Shown: one piece after another, positions 24,470 through 33,694 of the stretch
Layout of the letters: each line of letters starts with the position of its first letter
Position numbering within the stretch: position 1 is the first letter of the stretch
Notes under the pieces: generated by a model
The model's input: only the letters and a program-made list of their open reading frames with translations
Databases searched by the model: none
Told to the model about the DNA's origin: nothing
Made by a program: the position numbers and the translations under genes
Source of the DNA: an uncultured bacterium
GTDB lineage: Bacteria; Patescibacteriota; JACMRA01
NCBI GenBank assembly: GCA_963784355.1
Contig: CAWAQU010000009.1
Location: 92,682 to 156,681, forward strand
Direction: 5' to 3'
Length of the DNA: 64,000 nt

Positions 24470-25713
24470 ATTAATTTTGTTAAAATCTTTAATTTTGTGT
24501 TATTTTCTATATTTTCGGCCAAATTTACAGTTAGACCATTATATAAAGCAGTTCCAAACCAAGCCCAATTAGAGTTGTAGTAACCCAGATCAGTTTCCCA
24601 GTTAGAAATGTCTCTGTTGTAAGCTTTTTCCAATTTTTGTTTGTATATTTGTTCAGCTAAGCCTTTATCCTTTGCCATAAAATAAGCTATACTACTTCCA
24701 TACATTGCGAGACTTTCCTCTTTCTCTACTACAATTCCGTCATGAGTATAATTTCTGTAAATAGCCTGATTATTTGTCCACTCTTGATCCAAAAAATTTA
24801 GTTTACTTAGATATTGCAGAGCCTTTTCTTCTTTAAACCACATCCAATCTAAGTATATTCTCCAAGGTACTCGAAGTGCATCGTAGCTGAAATTTGTGTT
24901 TAAATCAGTATTCTCTGCTGCTTTCCAACTTTGATCAGACTTATTAAGTATAACCCAGTTTGGAGGAAGATTACTACTTTTGCCTTTATCCAAATTTAAA
25001 ACAGTGACTTCATCTAAAGTGCTATATGTATCAGTCGCAAGTTGTGACCAGGCATTTTCAGGATTTAATTTAGCAAATACTTTGTAAGCATAGGGACTGA
25101 AATAAGAAGGGTTTACAATCACTTCATTTTTTACTGCCTCTTTTTCCAAGCTGTTGCTAAGTAGTACATACCTATTTCCAATTTTTGCCACCTCCACAGC
25201 CCAAACACTACTAATAATTTTTTTAGCCTCGGCTAGGTACTCTGGATTGCTCCAGCGATTAGCCGCCATGACCAGGGCTAGTGCAATATCTGTATCACCA
25301 TCAGTTGCAGTGTTTTTACCACCTCTTTCTTCCAAAATAGCCCATTCTCCGTTTGATTTTTTGCCGTATAACCAAGAAAATAAATTATCTTCTTTTCTCT
25401 GCAAATTTTCTTTTGTCCACTTCCAGCTTTTGTCAAAAGTATCTTTATCATCTATCCAAACCGCACTTAGCATAGTGTAGGATTGTCCTTCAGAAGTTGT
25501 AATATCAGCCTGTTGTCTATCTAGTGTCCTTCCGGTAGATTCTATATAATTTTTTTTGTAATAGTACCAGGTGTTTTCCAAAACTTCTGCATTAGAAAAA
25601 ACCACTTTAGGTTCATTTAAAAAAACATTTTTTACAAACTGCAAATTGACCCCGATTAGGATAATAATGCTTAACAGAGCTGTAATTAAAGTGACTTTAT
25701 GAGCTTTATTCAT
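24466..25713 (-). CDS. GH8 endoglucanase (BcsZ-like), membrane anchored
   Basis: TTSEGQSY, ATDGD, NPSY, YDALRVPWR. Confidence 0.9.
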   Translation of the reverse strand: MNKAHKVTLITALLSIIILIGVNLQFVKNVFLNEPKVVFSNAEVLENTWYYYKKNYIESTGRTLDRQQADITTSEGQSYTMLSAVWIDDKDTFDKSWKWTKENLQRKEDNLFSWLYGKKSNGEWAILEERGGKNTATDGDTDIALALVMAANRWSNPEYLAEAKKIISSVWAVEVAKIGNRYVLLSNSLEKEAVKNEVIVNPSYFSPYAYKVFAKLNPENAWSQLATDTYSTLDEVTVLNLDKGKSSNLPPNWVILNKSDQSWKAAENTDLNTNFSYDALRVPWRIYLDWMWFKEEKALQYLSKLNFLDQEWTNNQAIYRNYTHDGIVVEKEESLAMYGSSIAYFMAKDKGLAEQIYKQKLEKAYNRDISNWETDLGYYNSNWAWFGTALYNGLTVNLAENIENNTKLKILTKLI

Positions 25714-25873
25714 ATATTTGTTTTTGATCTAAATTTTGTATTAATTTCGTTCTCATTATAAAGCCACACCTAAAAACCACGTTTTGTCAACAAATTTTTT
25801 ATTCACGAGTCTGAGGGTCTTATAAATTTATAAAGGCTGCTACAAGTAACTAGGTATTCTGATTACTAACAAC

Positions 25874-25893
25874 AAAAAAAGCCCCTAAGGGCC
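25874..25893 (-). terminator. Intrinsic terminator after rpsG
   Basis: GCCC-ttag-GGGC followed by T7 on the minus strand. Confidence 0.55.
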
Positions 25894-25930
25894 AAAATAT
25901 TTTTTAATTTACTAATTACTGTTAAAACTA

Positions 25931-26422
25931 CTACTTTTTTCTTCCAATTCTTGCTGCAAGGTGAGCAAAAGCTTTGTTACCTGCTGCTGTCTGGTGCACT
26001 GAGTTTCTCTTTGCTACAGCAGGACCCTCTCCTTTATATGATTCAATCAGGATTTGCTTTAACTTTTGACTCATTGGTCTACCTTTGATATTTCGGGCAG
26101 AATTCACGATCCAAGTCAAGCCTAATCTAAGAGATCTAGCAGGATAAGGCTCCATAGGAACTTGATAACTTGCACCACCGACTCTCATACTTTTTACCTC
26201 TACCTGTGGTCTCACATTATCAATTGCAGTTTCGATAACTTCTAAAGGAGCTACTTGTAATTCTACGCTAGCTTCAGTTATAGCATCTATTACGATTCTG
26301 TTTGCGACAGTTTTTTTGCCATCCCACATCAAACGATTGATTAATCTGGAAATCAAAGCACTACCGAAGGTTTTATCAGGTAAAATAGTAGGTCGTTTTA
26401 GAACTCTTTTGCGTCTTGCCAT
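25931..26422 (-). CDS. rpsG: 30S ribosomal protein S7
   Basis: LINRLMWDGKK, VEVKSMRVGGASYQVP, NKAFAH. Confidence 0.97.
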   Translation of the reverse strand: MARRKRVLKRPTILPDKTFGSALISRLINRLMWDGKKTVANRIVIDAITEASVELQVAPLEVIETAIDNVRPQVEVKSMRVGGASYQVPMEPYPARSLRLGLTWIVNSARNIKGRPMSQKLKQILIESYKGEGPAVAKRNSVHQTAAGNKAFAHLAARIGRKK

Positions 26423-26568
26423 ATAATGAATGTATAATAGTATAAAATAATCTGATTATTTGCAGAATGTCAAGTTAAATTGTTTTAGAGTAGGCATAAA
26501 AATGAGTTTACAATTAAAGATTAGCTACAAAACTTTTTAGAGTATGTATTTGAATCAGTGGAAAATAA

Positions 26569-27720
26569 CTAATTTACGGCGAAAGTCACTAGTTTATTTG
26601 GAATGACTTTGTGAAATTTAATATCTTTCCCTTCGAGCCACTTGCTCACTGCCTCTTTAGCTTTTTCAATGACTAAATTTTCCTCAGAATCTGTATCAAT
26701 TTCAAATGTACCTCTCAATTTACCGTTTACCTGGACTGCTATGGTGACCACCTCGTCTAAAACTAAAAGAGGATCGTAGATATGCCAACTAGTTAAATGG
26801 ATTGATTTAGTATGATCGTTTTGATCAAAATTGTGATGCTTGTACCATAACTCTTCAGTGATATGAGGTGTAAAAGGGGCTAAAATTTGTAAGTATCCTG
26901 TCCAGATACTGCCCGGAATTATTTCTTGATCCTTTAAAATATTGTTGAAAGTCATTATTTCAGCTACTGCAACATTATTTTTTTGCAGTTCAAGGTGCTC
27001 AGTAATCTTTTTCACTGTTTTATGGTAGCTTGATAGTAACTTTTTATCTATATTGGTTATTGTCTTATCTACCTTAGACTCTAACCTAAATAAACCATCA
27101 ATTAGTTTTTTACAGGCTATTAAACCACCTTCTTGCCAGGATACTGTAGCTTCGTATGGTCCAATAAAATTTACATACAATCTTAGAGCATCTGCTCCTA
27201 CAGTATTTAATTTTTCATCAGGACTGATTACATTCCCTTTAGATTTGCTCATTTTACTACCGTCGCTAGCTAGCAATATTCCTCCATTAGTTCTTTTATT
27301 GTAAGGCTCGGAAGTAGGCACGTGGCCTAATTTATGTAGAGCTTTGTGCCAAAAACGAGAATACAGAAGGTGAAGAGTTGTATGTTCACTGCCACCGAAA
27401 TAGTGATCAACCGGTAGCCAATATTTCAAATTTTCTTGGGAAGCAAATTCCTGACTATTTTTTGGATCAGTATAACGCAGATAGTACCAGCTAGAACCTG
27501 CCCAGTTTGGCATAGTATCAGCTTCTCTTCTTCCTATAATTTCACCCTTTTCATCTCTTACATTTATCCAGTCCGATTTTATTAGTGGAGAGCGACCATC
27601 TTTAGAAGGCTCAAAATCTTGCACATCAGGCAATTCTAAAGGCAATTCCTCCTTACCTAGTAATCTAATTTCATATTCCTCTCCGTCAATAATGGTTTTT
27701 TTAGGTACTCCGTTGTCCAT
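26569..27720 (-). CDS. leuS: Leucyl-tRNA synthetase, C-terminal subunit (KMSKS half, anticodon-binding and C-terminal domains)
   Basis: ELPLELP, DTMPNWAGSSWYYLRY, HLLYSRFW, KMSKSKGN, VQVNGKLRG; start ATG 27720 or TTG 27738; TTGACT at 27756-27761 (minus). Confidence 0.92.
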   Translation of the reverse strand: MDNGVPKKTIIDGEEYEIRLLGKEELPLELPDVQDFEPSKDGRSPLIKSDWINVRDEKGEIIGRREADTMPNWAGSSWYYLRYTDPKNSQEFASQENLKYWLPVDHYFGGSEHTTLHLLYSRFWHKALHKLGHVPTSEPYNKRTNGGILLASDGSKMSKSKGNVISPDEKLNTVGADALRLYVNFIGPYEATVSWQEGGLIACKKLIDGLFRLESKVDKTITNIDKKLLSSYHKTVKKITEHLELQKNNVAVAEIMTFNNILKDQEIIPGSIWTGYLQILAPFTPHITEELWYKHHNFDQNDHTKSIHLTSWHIYDPLLVLDEVVTIAVQVNGKLRGTFEIDTDSEENLVIEKAKEAVSKWLEGKDIKFHKVIPNKLVTFAVN

Positions 27721-27768
27721 AATAATGGTATAAATCAAGTATTTATTTTTAATTCAGTCAAATCGTGG

Positions 27769-28347
27769 TTAAAGTTTAGATTTTCCAGTTAAGTGTTCCA
27801 GTAACTTAGGAAACTCTTCTTGATTAAAATGTCCTTTGGCATCAAAAAAATTAGTTTTGGCTAGAGGTAAGCTACTTTTGTATTTTACCGCATCCTGGAA
27901 ATCCACCACAAAATCGTCTTTGGAATGCCAAATAAAAATCTCATTGCAATTTTGTGAGAGTATGTTAAAGTTTTTAACTTGTTTAAATTTGCCGCAGGTT
28001 TCATATGGTGCAGCAATTAAATGTAATTCAGAAATTTTGAGCTTAACTTCGCTCAGATATTTAGCTAAAAATATTCCTCCCAGACTATGTCCAATTAAAA
28101 TATCACTTGGTTTAAGGCTAGAAGCAATTTTATCAAAAACTATTTTCCACTCCCGATACTGAGCATTTTGCTTGTTTGGCATATTAGGTAATAGTACCTC
28201 GAAATTTTTTTCTTGAAGTTTGGGGACTGCTGATAATTTCCAGTCTGAACGCTTAGTAAATTTGGGTTCGATAGAATTTAAGTAGGCGAGGTAGTCCTTA
28301 TAGGAATTAAAGCTGTCACCACCGTGGATTATAACAATTTTGGTCAT
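27769..28347 (-). CDS. RBBP9/YdeN-family alpha/beta hydrolase
   Basis: IIHGG, GHSLG, HSKDD, GHF catalytic elements. Confidence 0.88.
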   Translation of the reverse strand: MTKIVIIHGGDSFNSYKDYLAYLNSIEPKFTKRSDWKLSAVPKLQEKNFEVLLPNMPNKQNAQYREWKIVFDKIASSLKPSDILIGHSLGGIFLAKYLSEVKLKISELHLIAAPYETCGKFKQVKNFNILSQNCNEIFIWHSKDDFVVDFQDAVKYKSSLPLAKTNFFDAKGHFNQEEFPKLLEHLTGKSKL

Positions 28348-28632
28348 AAATAGATTGTAAATTGGTTTATGGAATTAGGATTAATTGATGCTAACAGGTA
28401 AGAAATTAAAAATCAAGACTGAATTCAAAAAAGCAAAAATCTGTTGAGTCGAATCATTTAATTTAACTTTAGCCCTATTTTATATAGCGATTTAGTTAGA
28501 TTGAGCAGCTATAAAGCTAAAATATTGTACTTAAGTAAAGTAACTATATATCATAATCTCTTAAAATATATCTTGACATATCTCGAAAATTATGGTAAGA
28601 GTTTAATAATACCCAAATTTAATACAATTTTT

Positions 28633-29001
28633 ATGTCTTTCGAAAAACATCTAAATCAGCCCACAAAAAAAACTGCGGAAACAGCAAAAAGTATTGATTA
28701 TGCAAATTACGTAACAGTTTTAGGCTCTGCTTTATTAACTCTAGGACTAACCGCACAACCAAGCATTGCTCCCGGCTTTGCACCTGAGCTACCAGCGAAT
28801 TTAGTTAGTCAGGGTAAAAAACAACAACCTGCTCCAAAAACAGAGCGACCTAAAGACCAATCTCCTCATAGGGGTTTTGGAAGGAGAGAGCTATATCCAA
28901 AACAAGATTTAGAATCAACTTTGACAGCTGTCAATCCGTCTACAGGAGAAAAGAATGTTATCGAGCTTAATGCTCCTAAGCAATTTCCTACTGCTGCATA
29001 A
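28633..29001 (+). CDS. Small putatively secreted protein with a PatX-like PHRGxGRRE motif
   Basis: TTGACA 28573 promoter, ATG 28633, signal-like LGSALLTLGLTAQPSIA, P/K/Q-rich linker, PHRGFGRRE at 28864-28890, downstream terminator. Confidence 0.6.
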   Translation: MSFEKHLNQPTKKTAETAKSIDYANYVTVLGSALLTLGLTAQPSIAPGFAPELPANLVSQGKKQQPAPKTERPKDQSPHRGFGRRELYPKQDLESTLTAVNPSTGEKNVIELNAPKQFPTAA

Positions 29002-29030
29002 ATCAATTTTTGTTAATAGCGCTAAAATTA

Positions 29031-29058
29031 TCTGCTCTAACCGGGGCAGGTTTTTTTT
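29031..29058 (+). terminator. Intrinsic terminator between convergent genes
   Basis: CTGCTCT-aacc-GGGGCAG followed by T8. Confidence 0.65.
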
Positions 29059-29068
29059 ATGAGATCTA

Positions 29069-32000
29069 TTACAAACTCTTCTTTATATATTCTACCGGAA
29101 ATGGTTCTCCCCAATATCTTTGTCTTGAAAATACCCAGTCTCTAAATTTATAATTGATTTGCTTATTGCCTCTACCTAAATTAATTAATTTTTGAGCAAT
29201 TTTTCCTCTGGCCTCTTCTGATCTCAACCCGTTAAATTCAGCAGAATTGTATAAAATTCCGTCACCAGTCACTGGTTTGTAGCTAAACGTTTGAATATTG
29301 TTTGTGGTATCTAAATTTAGAGTAATTGCTTGATTTATAGCTCTGCGAAAAATTTCAAATTGATGAGGATTGTTTTCCTGATTTAACTTTTGTAAAATTA
29401 TTTCAGCAGTTTCCCAACCAAAATTAAAGGCTTCATGGCTTTCGAGTTGAGTTTCACCTTCGGAGTTAGAGTCTGCAATTACCAAAAATGGATAAGTAAG
29501 AGCAAACCTATTAATTTTTTTCAGGCTATTGTAATAATGTGCATAAACAGGGCCGCCAAGCGGAATAACTTCAGAAATCTCTTGCAAACCAGTCTCTTCA
29601 ATGACTTCTCTTTCTGCTGCTTTATTTATTTCCTCACCTTCTTTAATTCCTCCTCCGACCATGATAAATTTATCATCTTCATGTTTCTGCAAATAGCCGT
29701 ATTTTTGTGTGCTAGGGTCAAAAACGACTGCACAAATTCCCTCCACAAAAGTTTCATTTTCGGCAGCTTTACCAAATTCAGGTGCGATGACTTCTTTTAA
29801 AGGAACATCATACTTTTTAGCCATTTCATTATCTCTTTCATCGTGAGCATTAGCCATAACCGCACCAGTGCCATATCCGGGTAATACAAAATCGGAGATC
29901 CATACAGGTAATTTTGCACCGGTCAAAGGATGATAGACGTAACCACCGGTAAAAGCACCTGTTTTTTCTTTATCAATTTGCCTGTCCAGCTCACTTTTAT
30001 TTTTAGTCTTTTCGATGTAGTCTTCTACAATCTGTTTCTGAGCTCTTGTAGTGATTTTTGATACTAAAGGATGTTCTGGAGCCAGTACCAAAAAAGTTGT
30101 GGAGTATATAGTGTCCACTCTGGTTGTGAAAGTCTGAATAGTATTTGCCTCAGCATCTTCTATTTTGCCTAAAGCCCACAAAGCCTGCTCTGTTGCATGC
30201 TCTTTTATATATTCCGGGCCAGCTAAAAAGCACTCAATATCTTTTTCAATACCAGGTTTTCTCTGATTCCAATTTTCCAGTGAGCATTCAAAATAGTAAA
30301 AATGGTCTAGTTTGTGAATAATTCCTGTTTTATTAGGATTCCAATTGTAAAAACCATGTGAAGTACCCAAATATTTTTTAAATTCCAATCCAGTCAATCC
30401 GACCTCTTCTTCAGTTTCGCGGATAGCGGCAGCCAAGCCATCCTCTCCCGGATCAATGTGGCCACCCGGAAACCGTACTCTTAAATCACCCCGTACTTTT
30501 TTATCGTAAATTACAAACTGGCCTGTTTCCTTTATTTTAATAACTGCAATTCCACGCTCACCTTGAGAAATGTTGAAATCAATGTCACCAATTTTTTCAG
30601 CAAAACTAGGGTATAAATTTTGAGTCATTTTACTCATGACCTTTGTTGTGTTTTCATTCCACAGTAGTTCCTTGGCTTCAGCAAAACTTACCCATTTATA
30701 CTCATCGTGTTCCCAATTTAGGGTAGGCTGCTTGTCTGTAAAAGCGTAAAAATTGAAAGCTCTGATTACATTTCCTTTTGGTGAGGTAAAACCCCAGGAA
30801 TAAGTATAATTTAGATTAGTTACACTAATTCCTGTCTCTTCAAAAACTTCTCTTTGCGTACCTGAAATTATATCTTCACCTTTATCAATCGAACCCCCTG
30901 CCAAATCCCATAATCCAGCCCCGTCATCTTCTTGAGAGCGTTTCATAATCAGTACTTGTTGATCTGAGTTAATCAAAAAACAAGAACCGTAGACTTTATT
31001 TAATTTATCCAGATCTTTTATTTTCTCGGAAAATTCGGTCGCTAACAGAGCCTTTGAACATTTTTGAAACACGTGTTTGACTACGTCTTTGTGGTCCTCC
31101 CAATTTAACAATTCAAGAGTTTCTGCATAATTTACCCATTTATACTCACTATGTTCACTACTTACTTTGACCTCATCATTTGCTTGAGTAAAAAAATAGA
31201 CATTGCCAATTTCTTTATTTGAACTGTGATGTAGAAAGCTGTGGGAATACAAAAGCTCAATATTTTCTACCTCTAGGCCTGTTTCCTCTAAAACTTCCCT
31301 TTTAGCCTCAGCAAAAATATCCTGAAAATCATCAATTCCACCACCCGGTAACTCCCAGACATTTGGTGAACTATCACTACTACTACGCTTCAATACTAAA
31401 ACCTGATTTTGCTTATTTAGTACCACCGTAGTTGTCTTGGCTTTTTCAAATTCCGTGGCATCAATTATATGCTCCGGTGCAATTTTCCAATCTACAACCA
31501 CTCCTTCACTTTTACCGATCCAATTGCGTTGCATGTCTTTAATGTGTTCCGGAAAGTTGGTTTCATCCAGCCCCGCAAGTAATTCTTCAGCGTATTCAGG
31601 CATTTTCAAAATCCACTGCATCATTTTCTTTTTTTCTACAGGATGTTCGCCACGCTCACTCACTTTTTGCCCATTAATTTCGATAATTTCTTCATTAGAT
31701 AGTACAGTTCCCAATTTTTCACACCACCAAAGCTCAACTTCTTTTTGTTCAGCTAGCCCCGCTTTATAAAGCTCTGTGAAAATCCATTGAGTCCATTTGT
31801 AATATTCAGGATCGGTTGTAGCAAACTCTCTATTCCAGTCAAAACCAAAGCCGAATCCGTTAAATATATCACGAAAATTATCAATATTTTGTTTGTTTAC
31901 TATTTTGGGATTAATCCCTGTTTTTCTGGCGTATTCTTCAGTAGGCAAACCAAAAGCATCCCAACCCATAGGAAAAAGTACATTGTATCCCCTCATTCTC

Positions 32001-32209
32001 AAAAATCTGCTGTAAACATCAGGTATGGTATAACGGAAAAAATGCCCCATATGCAGGCTGGCACCGGAAGGAAAAGGAAATTCCATTAGAATATATTTCT
32101 TCTCTTTAGTTGAGTCATTATCCACGGCAGCGTAGATATTATTTTTATACCACAAATTTTGCCACTTTTTTTCGATATCAGAATACGGATTGGAGGAATT
32201 GTTTTCCAT
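29069..32209 (-). CDS. leuS: Leucyl-tRNA synthetase, N-terminal subunit with four inserted Nudix domains
   Basis: FPFPSGASLHMGH (HIGH), GWDAFGLP, MQRNWIGKSEG, FTTRVDT, GTGAVM..HDERD, RDWVFSRQRYWGEPFP then TAA TAG; four Nudix boxes. Confidence 0.93.
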   Translation of the reverse strand: MENNSSNPYSDIEKKWQNLWYKNNIYAAVDNDSTKEKKYILMEFPFPSGASLHMGHFFRYTIPDVYSRFLRMRGYNVLFPMGWDAFGLPTEEYARKTGINPKIVNKQNIDNFRDIFNGFGFGFDWNREFATTDPEYYKWTQWIFTELYKAGLAEQKEVELWWCEKLGTVLSNEEIIEINGQKVSERGEHPVEKKKMMQWILKMPEYAEELLAGLDETNFPEHIKDMQRNWIGKSEGVVVDWKIAPEHIIDATEFEKAKTTTVVLNKQNQVLVLKRSSSDSSPNVWELPGGGIDDFQDIFAEAKREVLEETGLEVENIELLYSHSFLHHSSNKEIGNVYFFTQANDEVKVSSEHSEYKWVNYAETLELLNWEDHKDVVKHVFQKCSKALLATEFSEKIKDLDKLNKVYGSCFLINSDQQVLIMKRSQEDDGAGLWDLAGGSIDKGEDIISGTQREVFEETGISVTNLNYTYSWGFTSPKGNVIRAFNFYAFTDKQPTLNWEHDEYKWVSFAEAKELLWNENTTKVMSKMTQNLYPSFAEKIGDIDFNISQGERGIAVIKIKETGQFVIYDKKVRGDLRVRFPGGHIDPGEDGLAAAIRETEEEVGLTGLEFKKYLGTSHGFYNWNPNKTGIIHKLDHFYYFECSLENWNQRKPGIEKDIECFLAGPEYIKEHATEQALWALGKIEDAEANTIQTFTTRVDTIYSTTFLVLAPEHPLVSKITTRAQKQIVEDYIEKTKNKSELDRQIDKEKTGAFTGGYVYHPLTGAKLPVWISDFVLPGYGTGAVMANAHDERDNEMAKKYDVPLKEVIAPEFGKAAENETFVEGICAVVFDPSTQKYGYLQKHEDDKFIMVGGGIKEGEEINKAAEREVIEETGLQEISEVIPLGGPVYAHYYNSLKKINRFALTYPFLVIADSNSEGETQLESHEAFNFGWETAEIILQKLNQENNPHQFEIFRRAINQAITLNLDTTNNIQTFSYKPVTGDGILYNSAEFNGLRSEEARGKIAQKLINLGRGNKQINYKFRDWVFSRQRYWGEPFPVEYIKKSL

Positions 32210-32521
32210 AATAAATGATTAATTTAGCTAAAAATCAGCGATTATTCCAAGAATGTCAACATTTAGACCGCAATTTTGCCACTAACTAAAATATTGTTTG
32301 TGGTTAGCCTTTGGATTTTGAATTAAGCTTGTATTTTTCGGCTGTTATAAGACTTGTCAAAGACTATTACGTAGCTTCGGCGTATATTGCAAATGCTTAA
32401 TTTTAAACTTAAATTAAAAATATTACTACCTCCTCTTTTTTAGGGGTTTTGCTTTTGTATACTAGGATTTAAACCTAAATTTGCCAAAGTTCATATTTTA
32501 TCTAAAACTTTAGTGAATTAA

Positions 32522-33667
32522 ATGCCTAAAATTTTTGAAATACATACTACCTGTAGTACTACTAGAGCTAGGACCGGTAGCTTGACTTTACCCAATGGAC
32601 AAGTACAAACTCCTGTATTTATGCCTATTGGTACAGCAGGTTCCGTAAAATCCTTGTCTGTCGGGGAGTTGGAAAAACTCGAAGCTCAAATCATTCTTGG
32701 AAATACTTATCATCTATGGATAAAGCCTGATTTAGAAGTATTGAGACGTGCTGGAGGATTACATAAATTTAATGCTTGGCAAAAACCGATTTTAACTGAT
32801 TCAGGGGGCTTTCAAGCTTTTAGTTTGAGCAAAATCAGAAAATTTACGGAAGAAGGTGTTACTTTTAGAGTACCAACCACTGGTGAAAAAAGGTTCTTAA
32901 GTCCGGAAAAATCAATGGAAATACAAACTGTGTTGGGTTCAGATATTGCTTTAGTTTTGGATGAGGCTTTAGCTGCTGAAGTAGACGAAACAGAGGCTAG
33001 AAGAGCTATGCACAGGACTCATAGGTGGGCTAAAAGAAGCCAAGAAGAATTTGAAAGACTAAGATCAATCAATCCACATGAGAATCTATTATTTGGAATT
33101 CCTCAAGGAGCTCAATTTATAAATCTCAGGAAAGAATCTGCCGAATTAACTATGGAGCTGGATTTACCAGGTTATTCTATAGGTGGAGTAGCTAACGGTG
33201 GCGAGCCTGAAGAGATTATGTATGCTCAGGTATTAGCTCAAACAGAGGTCCTGGAAAATCATAAACCCAGACATTTACTTGGGGTAGGGACTCCTATGGA
33301 TATTGTACAAATGGTAGCTAGAGGCATAGACATGTTTGATTGTGTTTACCCAACTAGAAATGCCAGGCACGGCACACTTTTCTTTGAAATGGATGAGTAT
33401 AGCTATACTGCAGAAAAGATTTTGAGTAAAAAGTTTGAAATGGATTTTAGCCCGATTAACCCGGAATCTGAATTTGAAGAGCTAAGAATTTACACCAAAG
33501 CTTATTTGAGGCATCTATTTAAAGCCAGGGAATTACTTGCTCTACGTCTGGCTACTCTACATAATTTGGAATTTTACCTTAATCTAATGAGAGCTATCAG
33601 ACAAAAAATAACCGATGATACTTATAAGGACTGGTGGGAGAAGTACAGTTTAGTTAGGGTTGACTAA
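32522..33667 (+). CDS. tgt: tRNA-guanine transglycosylase
   Basis: TPVFMPIGT, GNTYHL, TDSGGFQ, PRHLLGVG, DMFDCVYPTRNARHG. Confidence 0.95.
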   Translation: MPKIFEIHTTCSTTRARTGSLTLPNGQVQTPVFMPIGTAGSVKSLSVGELEKLEAQIILGNTYHLWIKPDLEVLRRAGGLHKFNAWQKPILTDSGGFQAFSLSKIRKFTEEGVTFRVPTTGEKRFLSPEKSMEIQTVLGSDIALVLDEALAAEVDETEARRAMHRTHRWAKRSQEEFERLRSINPHENLLFGIPQGAQFINLRKESAELTMELDLPGYSIGGVANGGEPEEIMYAQVLAQTEVLENHKPRHLLGVGTPMDIVQMVARGIDMFDCVYPTRNARHGTLFFEMDEYSYTAEKILSKKFEMDFSPINPESEFEELRIYTKAYLRHLFKARELLALRLATLHNLEFYLNLMRAIRQKITDDTYKDWWEKYSLVRVD

Positions 33668-33694
33668 CCGATACATTGAGCTTATAAATACTTC

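Noticed and set aside
27690-29110. Split intein or intron joining the leuS halves
   Set aside because: No Cys/Ser-start or His-Asn-end intein motifs at the junctions and no recognisable group I/II intron features
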